Under the pieces are notes generated by a model. It had not been told where the DNA came from. It did not search any database and saw only the letters and a program-made list of their open reading frames with translations. Position numbers and translations under genes: made by a program. Positions 11,550 to 25,980 of a stretch of 64,000 nucleotides of DNA are shown piece by piece (positions within the stretch are counted from its first letter, which is position 1; every line of letters starts with the position of its first letter). Source of the stretch: Eledone cirrhosa (Eukaryota); the NCBI GenBank assembly GCA_964016885.1, contig OZ024741.1, positions 378,882,001-378,946,000 of the forward strand. Reading direction: 5' to 3'.

Positions 11550-12312
11550 TTTATTAAAATAAAAGATTAAAGTTTAAGCAAAGAATCGCTGCTTTCACCC
11601 TTAACGGGATCTTCTGAAACAAACAAAGTCAATCTGTAAACGCAGTACTGGATATTTCAAAAAACGTTGCAACCGGAGGAAGAGAGGAAGACGATAATTT
11701 GGTTCGTGGAAACGTTCGCTGGCTAAGAACGGGAAAAAAACGAATATAATACGTCATTAATAGGAGCGGTGAAAATCAATTACGCGCAAAGACAGAACCA
11801 CGCTTATGGTATAAAAGAGGTCGTAGACTAATGTTCCCTTAGGTGGTGCATAGAGACGTTCTCTGGCAATGAACGAAAAAACGAAGATAATACGTCATAT
11901 GTGGAGCGTGGAGAACAAGAGCACGCAAAGACAAAACCACGTGAATGGTATAGCAGAAGTTGTAGACTAAATTCTAACTAGGAGACCAAATGAACCTCCG
12001 TAATTGCTTTTCACATTGAATGACGTATTATATTCGTTGTTTCCCGTTCTTAGCCAGCGAACGTTACCACGAACCAAAGTATCGTCTTCCTGTCTTCCTC
12101 CGGATGCAACGTTTTTTGAAATATCCAGTTCTGCGTTTACAGATTGACTTTGTTAGTTTCAGAAGATACCGTTAAGGGTGAAAGTAGCGATTCTTTGCTT
12201 AAAATTTAATCTGTTATTTTAATAAATATTTGCTCTACGGTTCTTATATATTTGATATATATTTATCCTTATCGAGCCCTCTTTGGAATTTAGTCTTCAA
12301 ATTTATTATTAT

Positions 12313-12317
<5 letters not shown>
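11550..12317. mobile_element. Fold-back element (arms 11550-11758 / 12019-12228) with 3' tail; probable PLE pLTR
   Basis: ~208 bp inverted repeat; related end fragments at 8398-8435, 48070-48145, 58923-59048, 59417-59542; internal diverged ~145 bp tandem at 11709-11970. Confidence 0.65.
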
Positions 12318-12353
<36 letters not shown>

Positions 12354-12404
12354 TAGAAAAGATGAATATAAAATGAAAGTGCTTATATAAAGGAATTTAT
12401 TAGG

Positions 12405-12520
12405 TATTTACATGTTTCTGTAACAGACGGAATACCTATGTATCGCTGCTTGGGTAATCATATAATGTTAGCAAGTATTCGATAACAAATATATAGTCAG
12501 TTGTCACTTCTTCAGAGATA
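12405..12520 (-). ncRNA. Hammerhead motif with ~90 nt stem II, weak stem I
   Basis: Reverse complement: tatct-CTGAAGA-agtgaca...tgttaca-GAAA-catg-TA-aata. Confidence 0.5.
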
Positions 12521-13001
12521 TTGGATAAATTGTAAAAAATCAGAAAATTTAAAGTATTTATATTAGTTGTAAGAAAGGAAGAAGAGAAGGGATAGTATAT
12601 GACAGATGGCAATTCAATTTGCTGGTAAACATGTATATAGAAGGTTTTTAATGAGAATACAATGAGTATATGGCTAATTTTATCTAAATAATCATTTTTG
12701 GGAGTGCATATTTTAATCTATATTTGACCAATTGTACAATGGACAGGGTTGGTCGTTTGGTGTAGTAGTATTAATAGAGATATAAAGTGTCAGGTAAGGA
12801 AGAGAGAGATTTTCACTGCTACTATATAACAACAATGCTGGTAGCATGCTATTATATGCATTAGGGAATTGAATTAAGAAATCTCATTTTATCTATATCA
12901 GTTTACATTAAATGGTAAAGAATAGAAGAGTTGATATAATTAAGACTAATAGAGATTGTTAATATGTATTTTGACAATCAAACGGAGATGGAGACAGGCG
13001 T

Positions 13002-14170
13002 TCAATCCTGGTAACGTTTGTAATATGAAAATGTAGATTTCAAGCGATGGTTACAGTATAACGATCGCTCTATTCTGTTATTTAATAAAATATTTTTGGA
13101 TTTCATAATACACAATATTTCAATATTACACAATTTACAAAATTCCAGTCCTTGGAAATATGCAGGGGCCATGCTATTATATCGAATTAGGTTAAATTGT
13201 TGGTGATTTTCGCGCAGCTGCGAAGCCTTGTCTGAGAGTGTTGTTACATAACGCTGGTTTTCATGTTTTATCGAGTAACGATGTCTATAAAGGCGAGATT
13301 TGAAGGAGGTAGCTGTAGAGCAGACATAGTACCGCTTCTGGCTACCCGATTCGATAGTACATTTGTATATGATGTTGCGTTCAAGACACTGATTGTTCAA
13401 CGGACACATTCCTGGTTGGACACAGTTACAGTTATAATTATGCGTTGTTGTATTACCATGGATGGGTTGATGAGGTTGCTTAGCCACGACGGGATGTTGT
13501 TTGTTGTTTTGTGATGTTATAGCTGATGTTTTATGTGTATTGCTATGTGTTGGAAGACGTTTATACAACCGATTTGGGTTAAGCTTTTTTATATGTTGTT
13601 CAATATTAGGGGCAGTTGAATATGAAAGTCGAATTCTGTTAAGATTTTATTATATTTATGTGATGTTGGAAAATGATTTTTAACTAATCGAAAGAATTGT
13701 GAGAATAGATTGGTTTTAATAGAGTTGTTATATACCGGGTTGTACCATATTTACTCTTTACATCACCCTCTGTTTGGTGGTGTGCGACTATTAGTGTGTC
13801 TATTGCGGTAGTGTATGTAAGGTTGTGATTCTATGCTATTTCTACCTCTATGAAATTTATTTTGGGTGTTTTGGTGATCGTCGATAATATACTCTATATC
13901 ATCTAAGTGTCCAGCCTTCCTAAGTGTATCATCATAATATTCGGCATGTTCTTTGAAGGTTTGCCGGTTGGACGACAGGCGGGAGATTCTAAGGGAAATA
14001 TTTCTAGGGATGGATTTAATTAGAGAGGCTGGTTGGTTATAACCTGTATTTACATATTTAAGCTTCTCATTTAGTTTATGGAACGGGTTAATCGTTTCTG
14101 TATTGAGATTCAAAGTAACATCATAGAAATTAACGTCAAGGAAATTAACCTCTTTGAGGTTATATTCAAA
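13002..14170 (-). pseudogene. PLE RT C-terminus + GIY-YIG, disrupted and 5'-truncated
   Basis: EVNFLDV, NISLRISRLSSN, CNCVQPGMCPLNNQC, IIYKC..YYVCSTATSFKSRLYRH, CKLC, LLN..CNH. Confidence 0.85.
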
Positions 14171-14174
14171 CGTA

Positions 14175-14857
14175 AAAACATTTTCCAACATCACATAAAT
14201 ATAATAAAATCTTAAACCCTAACACAATTCGACTTTCATATACAACCACCCCTAAAATTGAACAACATATAAAAAAGCATAACGCAAAACGGTTGTATAA
14301 ACGCCTTCCAACACATAAACATAGACGTAAAACATCAGCTATAACATCACAAAACAACAAACAACATCCCGTCCTGCCCAATTAACCTCATCAACCCATC
14401 CATGGTAATACAACAACGCATAATTATAACTGTAACTGTGTCCAACCAGGAATGTGTCCGTTGAACAATCAGTGTCTTGAACGCAACATCATATACAAAT
14501 GTACTATCAAATCGGGTAGCCAGAAGTGGTACTATTAGTGGCCTACCGCTACCTCCTTCAAATCTTGCCTTTATAAAATCGTTACTCGATAAAACAGGAA
14601 AACCAGCGTTATGTAACAACACTCGCAGACACGGCTTGGTAGCTACGCGAAAATCACCAAAAATGTAACCTAATGGGATATAATAGTTTGGCCCCTGCAT
14701 TATCCAAAGACAGGAATTTTGTAAGTTGTGTAATATTGAAATATTTTGTATTATGAAATCCAAAAATATTTTATTAAATAACAGAATACAGCGATCGTTA
14801 TACTGTAACCATCGCTTGAAATCTACATTTTCATATTACAAACGCTACCAGGATTGA
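14175..14857 (+). pseudogene. Inverted duplicate of the GIY-YIG region
   Basis: Reverse complement of 13002-13680 with substitutions and indels. Confidence 0.8.
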
Positions 14858-15338
14858 ACGCGTGTCTCCATCTCCGTTTCATTGTCAAAATACATATTAA
14901 CATTCTCTATTCGTCTTAATTCTATCAACTCTTCTATTCTTTACCATTTAATATGAACTGATATAGATAAAATGAGATTTCTTAATTCAATTCCCTAATG
15001 CATATACCAGCAGGTTACCAGCATTGTTGTAATACAGTAGCAGTGAAAATCTCTCTCTTACTTACTTGAAACTTTATATCTGTATTAATATACTACACCA
15101 AACGACCAGCCCTGTCCATTGTTCAATTGGTCAAATATAGATTAAAATAGACACGCCCAAAAATTCTTATTTAGATAAAATTAGCCATGTACTCATTGTA
15201 TTCTCATTAAAAAACCTTCTATATACTTGTTTACCAGCAAATTGAATTGCCATCTGTCATATACTATCCCTTCTGTCCTTCCTTTCTTACAACTAATATA
15301 AATACTTTAATGTTTCTGATTTTTTCCAATTTATCCAA

Positions 15339-15456
15339 TATCTTTGAAGAAGTGACAACTGATTATACATTTGCTATCGAATACTTGCTAACATTATATG
15401 ATTACGCAAGCAGCGATACATAGGTATTCCGTCTGTTACAGAAACATATGTCAATA
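15339..15456 (+). ncRNA. Hammerhead motif with ~90 nt stem II (C3 mutated)
   Basis: tatct-TTGAAGA-agtgaca...tgttaca-GAAA-catatg-TC-aata. Confidence 0.5.
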
Positions 15457-15689
15457 CCTAATAAATTCCTTTATAAAAGCACTTTCATTTTATATTCATC
15501 TTTTCTACATTTTCTCCGGAATATAATTTATACTCGTTGAGCAAACCTACACGTACGCTGTTCATCTCTAACGTGACGATATATTATTACGACATTATTG
15601 ATAACTTGAAATTTTATATATATATATAGGAACATCAGTAAACAATTAAATATTTATATTTCACTCTATGTTATATATATATATATATA

Positions 15690-15726
<37 letters not shown>

Positions 15727-16590
15727 TTATATGTATATAGTATATATATATATTGGTAAACGGAAAAGAAAATGCTGACAAATTGTTCACAGTGAAAAAT
15801 AGTTTAATTAGGAATAAGTGAGAATTAGTAATAGTATTGGTTAGTATTCAGTTTTTGTTTTAAGTTTTACCAGTTGCGCATCTGTAATGCTTTTCAAAAA
15901 TAATTTTGAGATAGACGTCCAGCTCGTTCATCAGATCAAATGTTTTGGATGAGAATTTACATTAGAATTAAATGGCTTTGTACTAGCATCATGTGTTTCA
16001 GCTACACTAATACCACCATCTGAACAGCCTTAAAATATTGACAAAGATGTACCAGATGTTCAGGAGCACCATCGAACGCAGATTTCTTCAGTATGTTCGT
16101 TTGTAATAGCAAAAAAGAAAAGAAAAACAGTTAAAAATCAGCCAATAGAAATCCTACTACTGAATCTTTTAACGGCGTTTTTAAAGACCGCTGTTGGGTG
16201 AATGAATCCTTGTGTATAAAAGTTAATTTTTCATTAATTTTGTGGAGATGTCTGAATATGTATGTGCGATGTTCTATGTTCTTGTCTAAATAATTTTAAC
16301 TAGCGAAAACATTTTAAACTTCATGAAATATTGTGTCAATCACAGTGTTAAATATCCATTGCAGATATTAATGTCCAACTGAGCATACCCGAGTAACTCG
16401 AAAATAAATGGTTTTCTCATGAATACAAAACCGTCCGGGATTCGACCCCACGGTGTTATAATTATAAGACTAACATCGTTAAAAAATTAGATATATCCCT
16501 CTGCATACAGAGAGAAAGAATTTTGCGTCATTGAGCAAAGGATTTACACACAACTAGCGCCAGATCTCTTCAATATCATGGATCTATAAG

Positions 16591-16770
16591 ATAATTGTTT
16601 CTACTTTAGGCATAAGGCCAGTAATTACCCAGTGCATTACTGGTACTTTATTTTATCGACCCCGTAAGGATGAAAGGCAAAGTCAAGCTCGGCAGGATTT
16701 GAACTCAGATCGTAAAGGGACGTAAATATGCTGGAAAGCATGGCGTCCGACCCTCTACCAATACTGCCAA
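16591..16770 (-). mobile_element. tRNA-derived SINE
   Basis: Reverse complement has A-box-like tggcagtattggtag, B-box gagttcaaatcc and body gactttgcctttcatccttacggggtcgataaaataaagtaccag; second copy at 19684. Confidence 0.8.
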
Positions 16771-17588
16771 TTAGATAATGTTAGCAATAACATCACACCT
16801 CTCCAACTAGAGACCACAATTAACACCAGCTGGGCTAATATGTGTAAAAGTCATAACCCCAAAAGTAGAATAAAACAAATCTACATCAACAGAAAAACTG
16901 AGCATCCCATCTACTATTTCATCAAAACAGGACCCTACTTAAAAATGAGCACCATGAACTGCTCTCTTTCATCATGTGCAATGGTATTTTCCAGGTTGGG
17001 GCTGCATTTTCAAAGACTACCTATATTGTACTGCTGTTGCCCCTTCTTCTCCAGGTGTTTGGATGAATTCGTAATGCTCTCTTCGTCATGTGAAGAAACC
17101 TTCAACAACTACATCTTCAACAACATTGAGGCACACATAAATCTTGACGTCAATGGATCTCCATCTCTAGTGGATTTCACACTAGCAATTGCAGTGGAGG
17201 GATTCATATACATTAACTTCTGCAGGTAGAGACATTTTTGTAGACCACGACTCAACCCTCTCCTAAAGAGCCACGATGGCTTATATACAGAATTATATCT
17301 CCCCGATATCAGGCAACTAAGGCTAGAAATAAATAATAGGGAGGAGAGATACCAAACAGAATGTTTTACGATATCAACTCCGTGTATGCGCATGCACTTT
17401 TCCTCATCAAGAATAAATCTGGTAATTGTTCAATTGTTTTAGAATCGACAGTTTCAGCTTCGCATCTAAAAAAAGGGTACTAGGCAAGAAATATCACGAC
17501 AAAATATACTATGTAAAACATTACCTTGCTTTCGTTTCTTTCGTTCCGTTTATCATCTTTCGAGTTCTCTGCCGCATTGTACAAGATT

Positions 17589-17660
<72 letters not shown>

Positions 17661-17878
17661 GGAACGAGTAGGACCCCGACGGCGGAGCTCAAGCCGTTTC
17701 GACGGCTAATTCTGGACGGCTAATTCGACGGCTTATTCTGTCCAGAATTAGCCGTCGAAACGGCTTGAGCTCAGCCGTCGAGGTCCTACTCGTTTCTCTT
17801 ACCCACTCTACTACCCTAAGTATTGAGTACTTTGGTGCGTTATGGTCCACCTGGTTCCTTACCTCATTTCCTTCGTTA
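17661..17878 (+). mobile_element. Mini fold-back derivative of the 5104-8374 PLE 3' end
   Basis: Same ends as 10139-10355; junction has three gacggct(a/t)attc copies; in (TA)n. Confidence 0.85.
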
Positions 17879-18014
17879 TATATATATATATATATATATT
17901 ATTCCAGTTCCTAAGAGAAATAAAAACGCAACCAGGCGCTGGACATATCAGAGTATTGATGGAGTAAAACACACTTAAACAACATGTGTACCTGTCTCTA
18001 CCATACCAATTCGG

Positions 18015-18069
18015 ACTGCCTCAAGACGTCACAGGCAATGATGGCTGTCATCGAAATATATATAGCAGT
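18015..18069 (+). ncRNA. Degenerate hammerhead (G5>C)
   Basis: actgc-CTCAAGA-cgtcacaggcaatgatggctgtcatc-GAAA-tatata-TA-gcagt; stem I perfect; same GAAA-tatata-TA type as 45741 and 60356. Confidence 0.55.
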
Positions 18070-18143
18070 ATATCTATAATTTATAATAAAGGAAGCCACA
18101 TGTTACCTATTTGACTTAATTATTATATATATAAATATATACA

Positions 18144-18255
<112 letters not shown>

Positions 18256-19683
18256 GATATATATAAATATAGATATATATAAAATTATATACCATACATC
18301 CCATCAAATTTTAAATAGATCAACGGTCAAATTTTCTTACTCCACTATCAAATATATACAACAAAATGTAAGTGCCTACAATGCATATAAATGTAAAAAA
18401 ACCTATGAATATACCACTAACATATCAAACTAACCATAATACTAAAATAAACCGCAACAAACCACGATATCCTTCATATATAACAAGTCGAGTAAATTCC
18501 ACACCAAATTTGACTAACTCCCCTGATATAATATTCACAAATGGTTGTAACTGTAGAAACAAAGCAAATTGCCTTATTAATAACATAGTATATAAATGTA
18601 AATTAGCACTAAGGACTCAACTTATTCATATATAGGAGCTACTTCTAACCAATTTAAAGTAAGATTTAATACCCACAAACATAATTTTAAAAATGCCGCA
18701 TTAGCTAATACAACATTCTTGGCTGAAATAATTAATAATTATAGAAAAAAGAATATCGATTATAACCTGACCTGGAGTGTGCTCAAAAGGGCCACCTCTT
18801 ATCAAAATAACAGAACACATATGAGTGTAGATTATGTTCCTAGGAGCTTTTTGAAATAATGAAATCTAAGGACATCCTATTAAATAAGCGACAAGAATTA
18901 GTTATATCGTACAATCATAGGATTAGAATAACTTTCAAATATTATAAACCTAATTAATATACACCTTACACTTATATTTTACAAATTATTATAATTAGTT
19001 TTTTTAAATCTTTAAGTTAGTTAACCTATAATTAGTATTTTACTACTGAGAGCTTCATCATTTTATTTCCCTTTTACAGCTGTCTTGTCCTAAAACCCAT
19101 AAGTATACATGTACACTTTTTTAATTTCCTGTTATGAATCTAAATTCCTTGTAGTCTATATAAGTTTGTTATTTCTCACTAATACATTTATCCCAAACAT
19201 GTGTTTTCCTTCGGTTTTAACAACATTCTTTAATAACATCTAACTCTGATTTATCACATTTATATGAATTAATATACATTTATCCCTATAAGTATACCTA
19301 TCAATTACATTAATTTAATTTCTTGATATAGATCTAAATTCCTTATGTTTTAAATAAGATTGGTATTTCTCACTAATATATATACCCTAAAATGTTATTC
19401 TCCTTCGATTTTAACATTAGCATTATTCTTTAATAACATCAAATGTTCGTGTACCTTTCACCGGCTTGACCTATTTTCATCCCGACAGTAATCTTTTCAT
19501 TCAAAGTATTCTTTCCATTCAAAACATGTCTGCATTCCTCTACTCCTAAATTAAATTTCTACTACTACTATTCTATCAACTTGACCACTTACTACTTTTC
19601 TAATGGTCAATTCAAAACCTGTTCCCAAACAGACCTAATCTTTGTTGTTTTTTTTTCAATAAACAAATATCATTATTTCAGAG

Positions 19684-19777
19684 GCTTTGCCTTTCATCCC
19701 TACGGCGTCGATAAAATAAAGTACCAATAATACACTGGGTAATTGCTGGCCTTTTGCCTAAATTGGAAACAATTATT
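19684..19777 (+). mobile_element. 5'-truncated SINE inserted in the HHR of the PLE
   Basis: ctttgcctttcatccctacggcgtcgataaaataaagtacca...gaaacaattat matches rc of 16591-16683. Confidence 0.8.
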
Positions 19778-19910
19778 CCTCAAGACAGCATATATATGTG
19801 TAGGTATGTATATTCCCTCTGATAGTTTGTGAAATGTTTACATAGATCTATATGATTTGCATACCAACACACACATATATATCCTAGAAACGATCGTAAA
19901 GTATATGAAT
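19772..19910 (+). ncRNA. Degenerate hammerhead homologous to 34663-34817
   Basis: CTCAAGA-cagcatatatatgtgt...acacatatatatccta-GAAA-cgatcg-TA. Confidence 0.55.
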
Positions 19911-20185
19911 TTTTCAATATAAGGAACTGTTTCTTTGTTTTTATTCATTGTTTTTATTAATTTATATATATATCAAAGGTACATATGTAGTTACAAACTC
20001 AAATAATCTCTTACAATTAAATAGCTCAATGAAAGGGATTTGTCCGAGCCGTTTAATATAATTTAATATAAAAGAGAGAAAAACAGTGATATATACACAT
20101 ATGTGTTCAAACCGTAAATGAATCTAACCGTTACGATTTGTACACATATATGTATATCTTTGTGTATCACTTTTTTATATTCAAT

Positions 20186-20242
<57 letters not shown>

Positions 20243-20482
20243 GTGAGGTTTTTTTTACAAAATGAAAAATAACCGAGGTGTCATACACGAGTGAAAGTAT
20301 AAAGAAAAATAGATGAAATCGAAAATGCAACTGGAGTCTTATTTTTTAAAAATATATATATATTTATTTGGTTCCTTTACCGGTTTCGCAGTTATTCTGC
20401 TTTTCAAAAGGTGAGTTGAGATGGAGGGTCTGTGGTTTTTCTCATATATATATATATATATATGCAAATATATGTATATATG

Positions 20483-20529
<47 letters not shown>

Positions 20530-20749
20530 TTTCTGAATTTGTTTAGCAAGATTTTTTATTTGAAATGGTGTGTTGAAACCGATATTGTTATACTTTGGGA
20601 GGGTCATGTTGCCAATAAGAAACACACGCACCAGGTCCTTTCACTTCAATTTATTATATATTTATAAATTTATAAATTTACAAATTTACAAACTTATAAA
20701 TTTCTGGTTGGTTGGTTGGTTCCACAACCAGATAGTTGTTTATATATAT

Positions 20750-20794
20750 AGTCATAGTCCTTTCGTCACACACTATGTGACCTCTTCAGTGACT
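20750..20794 (-). ncRNA. Minimal hammerhead with extra nucleotide after A9
   Basis: Reverse complement: agtca-CTGAAGA-g-gtcaca(tagtg)tgtgac-GAAA-ggac-TA-tgact. Confidence 0.7.
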
Positions 20795-20925
20795 GCGGAT
20801 TCCTTTCTTTGTTTCTGTGCCTTTCCTTTCTTCTATCCTACGCCATTTTGTTTCTGACACACACAGAAACAAAATGGCGTAGGATAGAAGAAAGGAAAGG
20901 CACAGAAACAAAGAAAGGAATCCCC

Positions 20926-20970
20926 AGTCACTGAAGAGGTCACAGAGTGTGTGACGAAAGGACTATGACT
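20926..20970 (+). ncRNA. Minimal hammerhead with extra nucleotide after A9
   Basis: agtca-CTGAAGA-g-gtcaca(gagtg)tgtgac-GAAA-ggac-TA-tgact. Confidence 0.72.
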
Positions 20971-21130
20971 ATATATATAAACAACTATCTGGTTGTGGAA
21001 CCAACCAACCAACCAGAAATTTATAAGTTTGTAAATTTGTAAATTTATAAATTTATAAATATATAATAAATTGAAGTGAAAGCAACTGGTGCGTGTGTTT
21101 CTTATTGGCAACATGACCCTCCCAAAGTAT

Positions 21131-21176
<46 letters not shown>

Positions 21177-22529
21177 TTAAAATTCCCTGAAAATAGTGGT
21201 TACATTATGAGTATATATAGGCCGGTTTCCGTATGCGTATATATATATAGTTACACATATATATATATGTATGTGTGTGTGTGTGTGCGTGCACAAACGT
21301 GATTGCTTGTAGTCTCTGCTTGTGTGTGTTTTCATTTTTGTATTCACACATGTGGTGAACATTTTAGTTTTTAATCAAATGTTCAAGATGAACTTGAAAG
21401 GAGTTAACACTTCAGCGATCCAAACCTTATTTATATATGTATTGATTTTGATACAATATATAAAAGAAATGCAATTCCATCCCTTGACAACCATCACGAA
21501 AGAAAAACCAAACATTTCATAAACGTTACATTAACATATTCAATCTTTTGATATAGGATTCCTTTTTTCATAATCTGCAGAGTTTTTCAGCAAAAACGTT
21601 TAATTTCTTTATGAAGTAATATCTGATGTCACGAAGAAAAAAAATGGCGGGAAACTTACAAATCATAAACAATATTTTGGGAATGACATTTTCTTCATCA
21701 ATAAAACATATTAAAAAAACAGAGCTTGTAAGAAGATTACTGAAAGAAAGGCAGCACTGAAAAGAAAACTTTATTGTACAATATTTTTATTTAGTTTATC
21801 TTGTACATATTTCGCATGAAGGCGTAGGTAGTACGCATTTGAAAATTATTAAATATGTGTGTATTTTTTATGAATAAACTTTATTCTCAAAGTGTATCGG
21901 TACAGATAGGAAATATTACGTCAGCAACTTGATGCTGTTATACTACAAACATATATCATATATGGCATGCAATTTACATTGTATCTTTGATCCTGAAACA
22001 GACAGTTTGTATACTATGTGATTTATTAACAATCTTGAAATCACAGCAAAATCTCAGTCAAATAACACATTAACACAAATATCAATGAAGAACTTTGTCA
22101 TGCCTGCAACATGACTAAATAAATATCACCCATCCCATCCAAACGACTGGTCTGATTATAATAAACAGCAATGGTTTTATGAAAAAAGCGTTATGAAAAA
22201 ATGGTTTGTAAATTATTATTGCGCATTCGATCATCTTGTGCGTAGTACTTGGCAGGTACTTTGTTTTCTCGTCCAGAGGAAGAGTAAACAGCAAACCTTC
22301 TCTCAGTGGGATTAAAATAAAATACTGAAAATGGCAGAAAGAAATACCACACCATAAGAAATGTTTTCTAACACGCTGAAATATTCTCCTAGTTCCTCGC
22401 CCTCCAAAATACGGTGATAACACCTGCGTATACTGATGCACCCCTACGGTGGCGCTGTTCTAACAGATTATTTGGCAACAGCTGCATCTACTGCAGTAGA
22501 GGCCTGAGCGTCAGTACATACATACATGT

Positions 22530-22915
22530 GGATAGAGGGCTGGCATATTTGACGGACCGAGGGGATGGTCACCAAAGGTTCCGATGAGAGAATGTTGACT
22601 TTGACCATCGAGTAGATGCCGCAATGTATTGCAGAGATTCAAATGCTGTAAACGGGACCGAAACCATGTGGCTTGCTGATAGTCTCAGCGTATTGATGTT
22701 AGACTCTATAAAAATGTTTTGATTGATCCAAATTTATTAGAGACCCAACGGTTCCATGTTTCCTCCCTACCTTCTCGATGATATGTCGCATGAATCTGGT
22801 GAGGATTGCACATATTTGCGCCTCCTGCACCAGTCTTGACACCAATTGACAATCTCCTTGCTATAACCTTGGCCAAAATCTTAAAATCTCTATTTAACCG
22901 GGTAATGGTACTGCA
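22530..22915 (-). pseudogene. Degenerate Tx1/L1-like RT fragment
   Basis: ITRLNRDFKILAKVIARRL resembles PITLLNTELKILAKVLAKRL at ~41510; ttggatcaatcaaaa (LDQSK) also retained. Confidence 0.7.
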
Positions 22916-24763
22916 AATATTCATAAAGTTATCTGACAAATTTATCTTTGAACCATCGTTAAGTATTATAGAAAACAGGTAGCAAAAATATTATCTCCAT
23001 TTTAAGATTAATTATTATAAACATATTAGATGGACAGACGCCCAAATGATGGAAAAAGTAAAAGAACGTGTTTGTATAAATTATGAGATGTAGTGTATAA
23101 AATGTTGTACGAGCACTTTTAGATTTTACAAGATTACTAATTGCATAGTTATATAACATATTTTTCGTCGTAAATATTTTAAAAGAAATTGTTTTAAAAC
23201 ATTTTTGTTGTATGCATTCTTCCATAGGTATGCAAAATAATCCACGTAATTAATCATGAATTACTATATATGGCAACTGGGGCTTGGTAACCTCAGTCTT
23301 CCCCCATTGGGCGATTAATACGGTCTGGTTGTGTAAGCAGAATTTTCAAAGATGGGTGTTTCACGTTTCCTTTGCCGAATTTGGAGGCTGGTTACTATTT
23401 GTTTTGCAGGAAATATGGGTACAGACTGGCGTTCGGTTTACAGTATTTGCCGATGGTTAGTAGACGGATTGGAACAATAATGGTTTTATTTACGTATATA
23501 TATATATTGATTTAATGTAATTTGGCTTATTGTAAAATTCTAACATTTGTGATATTTTCAGTATCATTTCATTATTGAAATTTCATTTCATTCCCACGTT
23601 GTATTACCAATAATTCAGTGGTAAATATATTTCTATTCATGTTTCTGTGTCTTCAACATTTTCCGTGTGACAACAATTGCCATTATTTCTCATTTTAAAA
23701 TGTAATTAAATCTTTTCTTCTAATATCAGTTGAATGTCTTCGAGTGTAATCAAACCTATCCACCATCTACTGTATGATATATTATCACGGGATCTGATAA
23801 AATTACGTGTGTGCATGATATGTCATATCTATAGCTTCTAGAAAGTGTAAGCCACAAACTCTGCACACATTCCTATTATTTATTTGTTCATATTGAGGCT
23901 AGTAAATTTCTGCATTTAGATTTCAAATGTACCTCACATTATTAAGCTGAGCTACTCATGCAGGGTACTATTCACTGCTCATTTGTATTGCTTATCAGCA
24001 GTCACTCCATTCATTAAGCATTCGGTGAAGCCCCAGGTTTCCTTCGCTATCCAAAATCAATTGTTCTAATTTGATAGAGAAATCATTTATTATGAGTCAA
24101 CACATTACATCCTTCAAATGTTCACATTTCTTACAAACATTAGCTAACACATTTCAGCTAAAACGTGCACCTTTACATGACCTAAGAATGAGAACTTATA
24201 GATGGGTTATGTTTCTTTGCTGTGAGTGTCATAAGCCTTATTTAATGGGATCTCGTATTGATAAATTATCTCGTGGATTTATAACAGCTGATTATAAATA
24301 TTGTATACAATCTACTATTAATATCTCAATAATTTACAAGAAGACAGCATGATCACACAATATATATATATATTGGCATCAGTAACACATAGATTGCATA
24401 TGCTCAATGGAGTCTACAAAGCACAGAATCGTGTAAAAAGCATATTTCATAAATTTTAAAGAGAAGAGCAACCCATTATAATATGATTCCGGCAATGCTT
24501 TTAATCGATTCAACAACTAAAAAAGATGAAAGCTAGAAATGTGTACAGCTATTATGATTAGTCTGTAATATTCGACAGGCACGTAAATATATAAAACAAT
24601 TATATTGTATTTCCGTTTAATTAGTAGAACATAATATTACAGAAGCCATGTTATAGACACATAAACAAAAAAATGTTTTCCTGATACATTCTATATCCGT
24701 TCTCACACGTTTAGACACATGCACACAGTCATTCCATTTCACTCTCTCTCTCTCTCTCTCTCT

Positions 24764-25494
<731 letters not shown>

Positions 25495-25538
25495 GTTATA
25501 TATTTATATATATATGTATATATATATATAAATATATA

Positions 25539-25671
<133 letters not shown>

Positions 25672-25672
25672 G

Positions 25673-25713
<41 letters not shown>

Positions 25714-25825
25714 ATACATATATATATACATATATATATATAATTATATACATAAATATATATATATATATATAAAATATTAAAGAAATAATGAATAAAC
25801 AATTCCTTATATTAAACAAAAAAAG

Positions 25826-25980
25826 TTCATTATTTAACGATCGTTTCTAGGGTATATATGTGTTATAATTGGTATGCATATTCAACAGATCTATGTACAA
25901 AATTATACAAAATTATACAAATTATCAAGATTAAATATACATACCTAACACATATATACGCCGTCTTCAGAAATAATGAA
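25826..25980 (-). ncRNA. Hammerhead in inverted arm
   Basis: Reverse complement of 34663-34817. Confidence 0.75.

Larger units (their letters stand above)
12354..15620. mobile_element. Naiad-type PLE, inverted pair (minus 12354-14174; plus 14175-15620)
   Basis: ~1.33 kb inverted repeat (12354-13680 vs 14175-15507) covering GIY-YIG, 3' UTR and HHR; flanked by (TA)n. Confidence 0.88.
18290..19960 (+). mobile_element. Degenerate 3' fragment of a Naiad-type PLE related to 28745-35005
   Basis: [40 protein letters not shown]; stop region tattataaacctaattaa shared with 31000; ~195 bp tandem in UTR (19090-19440); HHR homolog at 19772-19910. Confidence 0.85.
20584..21136. mobile_element. Near-perfect ~550 bp palindrome of a PLE-like pLTR
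   Basis: Arms 20584-20855 / 20865-21136; each has HHR, then TATA-like tract, AATAAA and terminus gaccctcccaaagtataacaat. Confidence 0.8.

Noticed and set aside
16421-16475. tRNA-like segment (rc ggtcgaatcccgg)
   Set aside because: No cloverleaf; probably a decayed SINE head
16840-17229. 129 aa ORF with LAIAVEG, faintly like LINE ORF1
   Set aside because: No intact knuckle or other motif; similarity too weak
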